64,000 nucleotides of DNA, taken from contig JBMNUZ010000011.1 in NCBI GenBank assembly GCA_050946535.1, forward strand, positions 2,262-66,261, read 5' to 3'. A program made the translations under genes and the position numbers. This DNA is from Anaerovoracaceae bacterium (GTDB lineage Bacteria; Bacillota; Clostridia; Peptostreptococcales; Anaerovoracaceae). The notes below the pieces were generated by a model. It saw nothing but the letters and a program-made list of their open reading frames with translations, made no database searches and was not told the DNA's origin. Shown one piece after another: positions 57,019 through 64,000 of this stretch (positions are counted from its first letter, which is position 1; every line of letters begins with the position of its first letter).

Positions 57019-58995
57019 TTACAATCTCGACTTTATTTCGAAATATCTGTCCCTCATAAGCGCCGCCTGCTCGAACTGCAGGGCCTCTGCAGCCGCATTC
57101 ATTTCCTGTTTAAGCCGCTCCGCGTAATCCTTTAACTGCTTCCTCGTCATTTCTTCCGGCTTCAGATCCGTCATGTAGACGTCCGATTCTTCGGCCGCCT
57201 TTACGGCTTCGAGCGCAGGACGTACCGACTTCTGGATCGTATGAGGAGTGATGTTGTGATCCTCGTTGTACTTTTCCTGAATCTTTCTTCTGTCCTCGGT
57301 GACGTCTATAGCCTGCTTCATCTGCGGACTTATAGTATCTCCGTACATGATAACGCGCCCGTGTTCGTTTCTTGCCGCCCTGCCTATCGTCTGTATGAGC
57401 GAACGCTCGTTTCTCAGGAATCCCTGCTTGTCGGCATCGAGTATCGCGACGAGCGAAACCTCAGGAATGTCCAGGCCCTCTCTGAGCAGGTTTATGCCTA
57501 CCAGCACATCGAATTTCCCTTCACGCAGGTCGCGTATGATCTCCGTACGCTCGAGCGTGTCTATGTCCGAATGCAGATATCTGACTCTTATCGAGGCGTC
57601 CTTGAGATAGTCGGTAAGACTCTCCGCCATCTTTTTCGTAAGCGTCGTAACCAGAACTCGTTCCCCGTTTTCCGCGGTCTTGTTTATTTCGCCGATAAGG
57701 TCGTCGATCTGGCCCTCTGTCTTTCTCACTTCGATCTTCGGATCGAGCAGTCCCGTAGGTCTGATTATCTGCTGCACGATTCCGTCTGGTCCGCTCTTTT
57801 CGAGCTCGTAGTCGCCCGGCGTTGCGCTGACGTAGACGATCTGATCCGTAAGTGCCTCGAATTCGCTGAAATTGAGAGGCCGGTTGTCGAGCGCCGACGG
57901 CAGCCTGAAACCGTAGTCGACGAGAGACTGTTTTCTCGAACGGTCGCCGGCGTACATGCCTTTGAGCTGCGGAAGCATGATGTGAGACTCGTCGACCATG
58001 ATCAGCAGATCGTCCGGGAAGTAATCTATAAGCGTATAAGGCCTTGCTCCAGGCGGGAGGCCGTTGATATGTCTCGAATAATTTTCAATGCCCTTGCAAG
58101 TGCCCACTTCGCGGAGCATTTCGATATCGTAGCGTGTCCTCTGCTCTATTCTCTGAGCTTCGAGCAGTTTGTCCTGGCTTTTAAACCATTCGATACGTTC
58201 CTCGAGCTCCTGTTCGATCGAAACGCACGCTTCGTCGATGCGCTCCTTTGAAGTTACGTAATGCGATGCCGGGAAGATAGATATATGGCTTCTCACGCCT
58301 GTGACTTCACCGGTGACCGGATCTATCTCCTTGATCGAATCGATCTCGTCGCCGAACAGCTCCACACGTACGGCGGATTCAGCGCCTGCCGGATATATAT
58401 CGATGATATCGCCCCGCACGCGGAACGTCCCTCTTTCGAACTCGATATCGTTCCTGATGTACTGGTCGGCAGTCAGCTGTTCCATGATCTCGCGCCTGCT
58501 CTTTTCCATGCCCGGTCTCAGCGACATCATCTGGTTCTGATATTCGTACGGACTTCCCAGACCGTATATGCATGAGACGCTGGCTACGATGATCACGTCG
58601 CGCCTCTCGAAAAGAGAAGATGTGGCTGAATGCCTCAGTTTTTCGATTTCGCTGTTGATGTCTGAATCTTTCTCTATATATGTATCGGTAGCCGGCACAT
58701 ATGCTTCCGGCTGATAGTAATCGTAGTAAGATACGAAATACTCCACGGCGTTTTCCGGGAAGAATTCCTTGAACTCTCCGTAAAGCTGAGCCGCGAGCGT
58801 CTTGTTGTGCGAAATGACGAGCGTCGGCCTGTTGATCTGTTCTATTATATTGGCCATCGTGAACGTCTTGCCAGATCCGGTTACACCCTGTATCGTCTGG
58901 TGCTTCCTGCCGGCGCGTATTCCGTCGACGATCGCCTGTATTGCCTGAGGCTGGTCGCCTGTAGGCTTGTATTCTGAATGAAGCCTGAATTCCAT
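57019..58995 (-). CDS. uvrB: Excinuclease ABC subunit B
   Basis: [13 protein letters not shown], helicase motifs, and a C-terminal UVR domain. Confidence 0.98.
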   Translation of the reverse strand: MEFRLHSEYKPTGDQPQAIQAIVDGIRAGRKHQTIQGVTGSGKTFTMANIIEQINRPTLVISHNKTLAAQLYGEFKEFFPENAVEYFVSYYDYYQPEAYVPATDTYIEKDSDINSEIEKLRHSATSSLFERRDVIIVASVSCIYGLGSPYEYQNQMMSLRPGMEKSRREIMEQLTADQYIRNDIEFERGTFRVRGDIIDIYPAGAESAVRVELFGDEIDSIKEIDPVTGEVTGVRSHISIFPASHYVTSKERIDEACVSIEQELEERIEWFKSQDKLLEAQRIEQRTRYDIEMLREVGTCKGIENYSRHINGLPPGARPYTLIDYFPDDLLIMVDESHIMLPQLKGMYAGDRSRKQSLVDYGFRLPSALDNRPLNFSEFEALTDQIVYVSATPGDYELEKSGPDGIVQQIIRPTGLLDPKIEVRKTEGQIDDLIGEINKTAENGERVLVTTLTKKMAESLTDYLKDASIRVRYLHSDIDTLERTEIIRDLREGKFDVLVGINLLREGLDIPEVSLVAILDADKQGFLRNERSLIQTIGRAARNEHGRVIMYGDTISPQMKQAIDVTEDRRKIQEKYNEDHNITPHTIQKSVRPALEAVKAAEESDVYMTDLKPEEMTRKQLKDYAERLKQEMNAAAEALQFEQAALMRDRYFEIKSRL

Positions 58996-59117
58996 TTATG
59001 ACCTCCTGCAGAAAAATATATTCTGATCCTCTCCGGCCTGTCCTGGCCTGAATTTCCGGGTACAGGCACAGAAGCGCTGGCAGCGTCATGCTGCAGCAGC
59101 TTCAAAAAATCACACAA

Positions 59118-59155
59118 ATTATAACACAAAAGAGAATTTATTTGAACATTTGTTC
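59118..59155 (-). promoter_or_regulatory. uvrB promoter with overlapping LexA (Cheo) box
   Basis: GAACATTTGTTC (59144-59155) matches the Firmicutes GAAC-N4-GTTC LexA box. On the - strand: TTCAAA (59141-59146), 17-nt spacer, TGtTATAAT (-10 at 59118-59123). Confidence 0.7.
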
Positions 59156-59295
59156 TATATTATCGGCTTCGCTGCGCTGCCGTTTCCCACACGGCGGAAA
59201 TGCGGCATACCTGTTTTCAGATCCGGTGCCGCAGGACTGTCTTTCACTGCCGGCTCAGCGCCTGCATGACGGACGCAAACCGCGCTGAAATGCGC

Positions 59296-59322
59296 TAAAA
59301 AAGGAGGCATAAAATGCCTCCA
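59296..59322 (-). terminator. Citrate synthase terminator
   Basis: Stem GGAGGCAT/ATGCCTCC followed on the - strand by TTTTTT, about 100 nt past the stop. Confidence 0.7.
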
Positions 59323-59422
59323 CGTAATTTTTTCTCCGGTCTTATATGCGAAATGCCGATGAGCCGCTGTACCGCCGCAATATCGTATCGCGGCGGTATG
59401 TGTACCATGTGAACCCGGACGC

Positions 59423-60841
59423 CTATCTGTCGTTCAGCGGCTTGTATTCCTTGTAATCCGCGATCCACTGATACGCCGGACGGATGATCTTGTTGTCGCC
59501 GGAAACTTCCTCGATCCTGTGAGCGCACCATCCTGCTATTCTGGCAGTAGCAAAGATCGGCGTCACCAGATCCATAGGAATGCCGAGCGCGCGGTAAACG
59601 AATCCCGAATACAGATCTATGTTCGCAGGCATCTGCACTTCTGTGCCCGCGTATTCCGAGATGATTCTCGAGGCATTCTTTTCTATATAGTCGTAAACTC
59701 TGAACTCGTTCATGAGATTCTTCGCTTCCGCGATCTTCTGCGCCATGCTCTTCAGAAGCTGCGCTCTCGGATCGGTTATCGTATAAATGGCGTGGCCTAC
59801 GCCGTAGATCAGGCCCGAACCGTCGTTTGCCTCGCCGCGGACCACCCTGCGCAGGTAGTTTTCGATCTGGTCGAAATCGGTGATGTCGTCTACATTTTCT
59901 CTGAGATCATTCATCATATAGATCACCGACCTGCTGGCGCCGCCGTGGCGCGGTCCCTTGAGCGAACCTATTCCTGCGGCAATCGCCGAATACGTATCTG
60001 TATTCGTAGACGATACCGTATGAACCGTAAATGTCGAGTTGTTGCCGCCGCCGTGCTCCGCGTGAAGAATGAGGCACACGTCCAGAACCTTCGCTTCGAT
60101 GTCTGTGTATTCACCCGTAGGCCTTATCATCCTGAGGATGTTCTCGGCCGTTGAAAGCTCCGGATCAGGATAGTGCAGATGCATGCTCATCTTGTCGAAA
60201 TGAGAGCGTTTCGCCTGATAGGAATATGCCATCAGCGTCGGGAAGCACCCGAGCAGTATTATCGACTGTCTGAACACGTTTTCGATATTGATATCGTCCG
60301 GGTGAAGGTCATATGAATAAAGCGCCAGCACTTCTCTGGCGAGGGCGTTCATGATGCTTCTGGAAGGGGTCGTCAGGATGTGATCGATCATAAAACCCTG
60401 AGGGAGCTGGCGTCTCACTCCGAGTATCGTTCTGAATTCCTGAAGTTCCTCCTTGTTCGGCAGACGGCCGAACAGCAGCAGAAAGCTGGTCTCTCCATAT
60501 CCGAACCTGTCGTCTTTTCTGCATCCTTTAATAATATCCTCTACGCTGATTCCCCTGTAGTAGAGTTTGCCCGGAACCGGAATCTTCTCTCCGTGCTCCC
60601 CGATATCGTAGCCGTGTACATCTGCGATCCTCGTAAGTCCGACGCATACACCGGTCCCGTTCTTGTTTCTCAGACCGCGCTTTACATTGTATTTCTCGTA
60701 CAAGTCAGCATCTATATCGTTGCTCTCTTTCAGCTGAAGCGCGTTGTCCTTGATGAATTTATCTTCTCTTGACTTGTATTTTAATGCTTCTTCGTGCGTT
60801 ACATTGCCGTATCCGGCCAGATAATTTGTCTTGCTTAACAT
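59423..60841 (-). CDS. gltA: Citrate synthase
   Basis: LHAEHGGGNNSTF and GPRHGGA motifs. The ATG at 60841 lies 7 nt after GGAGAA. Confidence 0.92.
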   Translation of the reverse strand: MLSKTNYLAGYGNVTHEEALKYKSREDKFIKDNALQLKESNDIDADLYEKYNVKRGLRNKNGTGVCVGLTRIADVHGYDIGEHGEKIPVPGKLYYRGISVEDIIKGCRKDDRFGYGETSFLLLFGRLPNKEELQEFRTILGVRRQLPQGFMIDHILTTPSRSIMNALAREVLALYSYDLHPDDINIENVFRQSIILLGCFPTLMAYSYQAKRSHFDKMSMHLHYPDPELSTAENILRMIRPTGEYTDIEAKVLDVCLILHAEHGGGNNSTFTVHTVSSTNTDTYSAIAAGIGSLKGPRHGGASRSVIYMMNDLRENVDDITDFDQIENYLRRVVRGEANDGSGLIYGVGHAIYTITDPRAQLLKSMAQKIAEAKNLMNEFRVYDYIEKNASRIISEYAGTEVQMPANIDLYSGFVYRALGIPMDLVTPIFATARIAGWCAHRIEEVSGDNKIIRPAYQWIADYKEYKPLNDR

Positions 60842-60897
60842 AACCCTGTTCTCCAATAATTGTCTTCCATCAATTGACTGTATTCGGTGAACCGCTG

Positions 60898-61791
60898 TTA
60901 ATTGGCGAAACCGTCGTCCGCATCTTCTTCGGCAAGCAGCATCTTCTTTTCCGCGACGTTCTGCTGTTTGAGCATGCGTCCTTTGTGGAGCAGCTGCATC
61001 AGCCGCTGCTTGTCTTCGGCCGCCAGTGCATCTCTCAGATCCGAAATATGCTCCTGGAGCTGATCGATTTCGTTCAGCAGATTCTTTTTATTGCATATGA
61101 AAAGGTCCGACCACATGTTCTCGTCGAGCCTTGCGACTCTCGTCATATCCAGGAAACTTCCCGCGCTGAATCCTTTTTCTTTCGGCAGCGTCGAGCTCCT
61201 GATGTATGAGTTCGAAATAATGTGTGCGAGCTGCGAAGTATAAGCGATCGCCTGATCGTGGGTTTCCGGATCTGTCTCGATGACTTTCTTGAAGCCGATC
61301 GAGTATGCGAATTTCTTGAGAATATTCACTTTTTCTCTGTCCGTCTTCTCGTCAGGCGTCATCAGATAGCTCGCGTTTACAAACATGTCCGGCTTTGAAA
61401 ATACGAAGCCAGCGTACTCAGTACCTGCCATAGGATGCGATCCTATGAATTCGACTCCCGCCTCACGCAGGGGCTCCTGTACCTGAGAAACGATAAACTG
61501 CTTTACGCCGCATACGTCCGCGACGATAGCTCCTTTTTTGAACTTGTCCTTGTTTGTGAGCAGGAATTTTATGATGTCGTTCGGAGGAATCGCCACTATT
61601 ACCAGATCTCCTCTGCTTAGAAGATCCGTCCTGTCCATAGGAATGACTTCATCGACCGCTTCCATTGAAATCGCCAGATCGAGCGATGTGTCATCCTTGT
61701 CCATGCCTATGACATGATGATCTGTATATGCCTTTATTGCTTTGCAGAAGGAACCGCCTATGAGACCGATTCCGACGACGATTATCCTCAT
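60898..61791 (-). CDS. tyrA: Prephenate dehydrogenase
   Basis: MRIIVVGIGLIGGSF Rossmann N-terminus and GSHPMAG. Confidence 0.92.
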   Translation of the reverse strand: MRIIVVGIGLIGGSFCKAIKAYTDHHVIGMDKDDTSLDLAISMEAVDEVIPMDRTDLLSRGDLVIVAIPPNDIIKFLLTNKDKFKKGAIVADVCGVKQFIVSQVQEPLREAGVEFIGSHPMAGTEYAGFVFSKPDMFVNASYLMTPDEKTDREKVNILKKFAYSIGFKKVIETDPETHDQAIAYTSQLAHIISNSYIRSSTLPKEKGFSAGSFLDMTRVARLDENMWSDLFICNKKNLLNEIDQLQEHISDLRDALAAEDKQRLMQLLHKGRMLKQQNVAEKKMLLAEEDADDGFAN

Positions 61792-62168
61792 TATGAAAAA
61801 ACCTCCGGTTCACAAGATTCTGCAGTCTGCTGAGCTGTACTGCTTTAATATATTAAAATCCATATAATTATACCATACCGCAGTGAAAATGAATATGCAA
61901 AGCGCGGTGCTCCCGGCCCTCCAGTCTCAACGGCTTATGCAATTCCGCGGATTTCTGCGGTGCGGAGCATGAAAGCCAGAAATACCTGATTCGTTTCCAC
62001 ATGTAATCCGAAGTGGCACGCCACGCATTTCTGCATTAATCTGATATGCATTTTGAACACTTGCGCCATTCTGAGTATTGACCAATCATGAAAATAAAAA
62101 TATAATATGTTTTATTAAAAGAGCTATTACATTTACCGGAACGGTATTGAGAGATAAGGAGTTGTACT

Positions 62169-62390
62169 ATGACCTGTCCAAAATGCGGAAAAGAAATAGA
62201 CGATAATGCAAAGAAATGTCCGTACTGCGGTTACGAACTCACCCAGGCCGATCTCAGCGCATCCGGCAGCGGTGAAGCAGCTGAGGAAAAGCCTAAATAT
62301 TTCAATGAAACGAGAAAAAGACAGAGCCTCATTCTTCTGGTTGTCTGCATCGTAGCTGTAGTATTGTGCCAGGTATTCCACCTGAAATAA
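62169..62390 (+). CDS. Small zinc-ribbon membrane protein
   Basis: CPKCG-x11-CPYCG ribbon plus a C-terminal TM segment (LILLVVCIVAVVLC). AAGGAG RBS. Confidence 0.8.
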   Translation: MTCPKCGKEIDDNAKKCPYCGYELTQADLSASGSGEAAEEKPKYFNETRKRQSLILLVVCIVAVVLCQVFHLK

Positions 62391-62435
62391 TTCTTTATTT
62401 TTACATTAAATAAGTGTATAATACTTTTCCAGTAC

Positions 62436-62511
62436 GGGGCATTAGCTCAGCTGGGAGAGCGCAAGGTTCGCAATCTTGAGGTCAGGGGTTCGATCCCCCT
62501 ATGTTCCACCA
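62436..62511 (+). tRNA. tRNA-Ala (anticodon CGC), CCA encoded
   Basis: 76-nt cloverleaf: acceptor GGGGCAT/ATGTTCC with the G3-U70 Ala identity pair, D arm GCTCAGCTGGGAGAGC, anticodon loop TTCGCAA, T arm AGGGGTTCGATCCCCT. Confidence 0.95.
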
Positions 62512-62522
62512 TTTCGAATCAC

Positions 62523-62573
62523 AAAGCCGTTTGTTCATCAGTGATTACAGCTGATAATCAAACGGCTTTTTTA
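62523..62573 (+). terminator. tRNA-Ala terminator
   Basis: Stem AAAGCCGTTTG / CAAACGGCTTT with inner stem ATCAG/CTGAT, followed by TTTTTT. Confidence 0.8.
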
Positions 62574-62624
62574 CGTTTCCGGATCTTTCAATTTCTGATT
62601 TTCCGTCTTTCCGCCTAATCCGTA

Positions 62625-63512
62625 CTAATCCGAATACGACGCAGGCGGTTCTTCATATGAATTTTCGACGGCTCTCTGCAGCCTTTCGGCATCGTCGTCC
62701 TTGATCGTTCCCTTGTTGTTCGTCGTAACTTTCAGAGTATCGCCCTGTTTCGCCAGATCGCTCTCCGACAGGTTTTCGATCGCTTTTTCAGCGCTTTCCG
62801 TGTCCGTGTTCGAACTGTAGACCGCGTCCAGATCAGGAGCGTAGATCTCCACTTTGAAAGAATACTTTTTGTCTGCGCCGAACGGCGATGCACTGACGGC
62901 GTGCTCCGCTTCTCCGAACTTGAGAACCACTTTGTCCAGATACGCTTCTTCGAGCGAATCAGTATCGCCGGAAGTCAGATCGTACTCCTTTAAGAACTCG
63001 CTGTAGGTTATGTCATCGAGTTCGGGAACTTTGTTCTGAACCTTTGTCAGATGAATCGCATAGCCTACGAAGAAAACGGACAGGATGATCATGGCTATTA
63101 GAATGATCAGGAATCTGAGCGCCGGACCCCTTCCAACTTCTTCGTCCGACATATCGTATTTATATGGAGTACTTTCGTCTGCGTTTTCGTAATCATACGT
63201 CTCTGCAGGCACCGAAGCTGAATCAGCTTTTTCATCTCCTGATTCCGCGCCGGCTGCTTCTTCTGCAGCGGTTGTGGCTTCTGATCCGGGTGCTTCCTCT
63301 GCAGCTGCAGATTCTCCTGCTCCGGCACTTGCTTCCGCATCATCGCTTGCTTCTCTGTCTTCTCCTGCTCCGGCACTTGCTTCTCTGTCTTCTCCTGCGG
63401 CATTTTCACCGGACCCAGAGTCACCGTCCTCCGCCGGATGCTGCCTGGTTCCGCAGTATGGACAAACGTCCGCCTTCTCTTCGATCTCTCTGCCGCAATT
63501 AATGCATTTCAT
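62625..63512 (-). CDS. Zinc-ribbon membrane protein with an acidic repeat linker and an extracytoplasmic domain
   Basis: CINCG-x11-CPYCG ribbon, an E/A/S-rich repeat, a TM segment (FLIILIAMIILSVFFVGYAI), and a ~135-aa C-terminal domain. Confidence 0.85.
   Translation of the reverse strand: MKCINCGREIEEKADVCPYCGTRQHPAEDGDSGSGENAAGEDREASAGAGEDREASDDAEASAGAGESAAAEEAPGSEATTAAEEAAGAESGDEKADSASVPAETYDYENADESTPYKYDMSDEEVGRGPALRFLIILIAMIILSVFFVGYAIHLTKVQNKVPELDDITYSEFLKEYDLTSGDTDSLEEAYLDKVVLKFGEAEHAVSASPFGADKKYSFKVEIYAPDLDAVYSSNTDTESAEKAIENLSESDLAKQGDTLKVTTNNKGTIKDDDAERLQRAVENSYEEPPASYSD
63311..63400 (-). repeat. In-frame ~33-nt tandem repeat (EDREASAGAG units)
   Basis: CTTGCTTCTCTGTCTTCTCCTGC recurs with a 33-nt period, with a partial third copy upstream. 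It lies inside the zinc-ribbon protein linker. Confidence 0.85.
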
Positions 63513-63820
63513 ACTTTTCTTTCTCCAGTTTAGTTATTAAAAATAGCAGCCGGGCTTTCAGCCGCCCGGCCGCAGGCTTATTGTACACTTATTACGTTAC
63601 GTCCTCACGCCATATCTTTCGGCACATCTCGTCCGTCCGTCATGAGACAGAGCAGCACCGGACGGATTTCAAGACTTGCCTTGACCGGGACTCAGGCTAT
63701 ATGAAATCATCAGCTTCATGGATTTCAGCACCTGCCGTTCCGGAGCACATGTACTGACATGCCCGTACAAGCGGCATCAGCACAAGGCACCAGCGTCATG
63801 AATCAGCACTGGCATCAGGA

Positions 63821-64000
63821 TTAATGGAACAGGAAATCCATAACGTCGAAGCGTTCGACTCCGCCGTTTACGGCTTTGACCTGAATCAGTCCCGCTTCAG
63901 ACATATCAGGCTTCGTCATGTTATAGACGTATGCATCTACAAGACCGTCCCTGATATTCTTGTCAAACGACTTCCATCCTGATGGATCCGACGGCACGTA
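63821..64000 (-). CDS. 3' end of a CDS that continues beyond the right edge of the window (product unknown)
   Basis: Open frame of 59 codons running from the window edge to the TAA at 63821-63823 (...NMTKPDMSEAGLIQVKAVNGGVERFDVMDFLFH*). Not in the ORF track because the start lies off-window. Confidence 0.5.
   Translation of the reverse strand, partial: YVPSDPSGWKSFDKNIRDGLVDAYVYNMTKPDMSEAGLIQVKAVNGGVERFDVMDFLFH

Noticed and set aside
55421-58251. Antisense ORFs of 308 and 336 aa opposite uvrA and uvrB.
   Set aside because: These are shadow ORFs opposite highly conserved genes.
56757-59203. A shared hairpin element, ATTTCCGCCGTG...ACGGCAG, lies upstream of uvrA (56757-56786, +) and in inverted orientation upstream of uvrB (59177-59203).
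   Set aside because: There are only two copies, in opposite orientation relative to the genes. A 12-nt match plus its own complement is close to what chance allows in 64 kb of this composition. It is not enough to call a regulatory motif.
61897-61918. A - strand GGGAGCACCGCG resembles the T-box core GGGTGGTACCGCG upstream of tyrA.
   Set aside because: It lacks the UGGN that pairs with the tRNA CCA end. It has no specifier-loop or stem I architecture and no terminator/antiterminator pair downstream.

Overview
This is a 64-kb, gene-dense chromosomal segment with about 60 CDS and 1 tRNA. It reads like Firmicutes/Clostridia (Lachnospiraceae-like) core genome: GGAGG-type RBSs, many ATGA/GTGA-coupled gene overlaps, roughly 50% GC, and most genes on the - strand. 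All functional calls come from motif recognition by eye and no database search was run. ORF-track starts were trimmed to the ATG/GTG/TTG with the best RBS.

Gene blocks, left to right:
- rplS with its own promoter and leader
- a XerC/D-like recombinase with non-canonical active-site residues
- an orphan 2-hydroxyacyl-CoA-dehydratase-like pair whose activase is fused to the small subunit
- an LtaS-family membrane protein with an in-frame Thr/Asp 15-nt tandem repeat
- a hypothetical gene
- rluD-lspA
- yggT-sepF-yggS, an unknown membrane protein, then trmD-rimM-KH-rpsP-ffh-ylxM
- sppA, a DMT transporter and patB
- an ABC ATPase plus a 774-aa permease
- MOP flippase, MBL hydrolase and M18 aminopeptidase
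- a two-gene AmmeMemoRadiSam system
- an AEC transporter and a nucleoside-phosphorylase-like gene
- a long, codon-optimised acyl-CoA dehydrogenase
- a partial anaerobic cobalamin block (cbiD-F-G-H/J-E/T) with a divergent LysR regulator and no B12 riboswitch
- the F1Fo ATP synthase operon atpBEFHAGDC
- ilvE, pncB and uvrA, then uvrB with a LexA box
- citrate synthase and tyrA
- tRNA-Ala(CGC) flanked by two zinc-ribbon paralogues

I saw no CRISPR array, IS element, prophage gene or rRNA.

The observations most worth follow-up are:
- the activase-fused dehydratase
- the fused AmmeMemoRadiSam variant and its long co-directional gene array
- a recurrent pattern of short tandem duplications in gene 3' flanks, three of which re-copy the stop codon
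- the orphan extended acyl-CoA dehydrogenase
- the riboswitch-less, LysR-paired cbi sub-cluster
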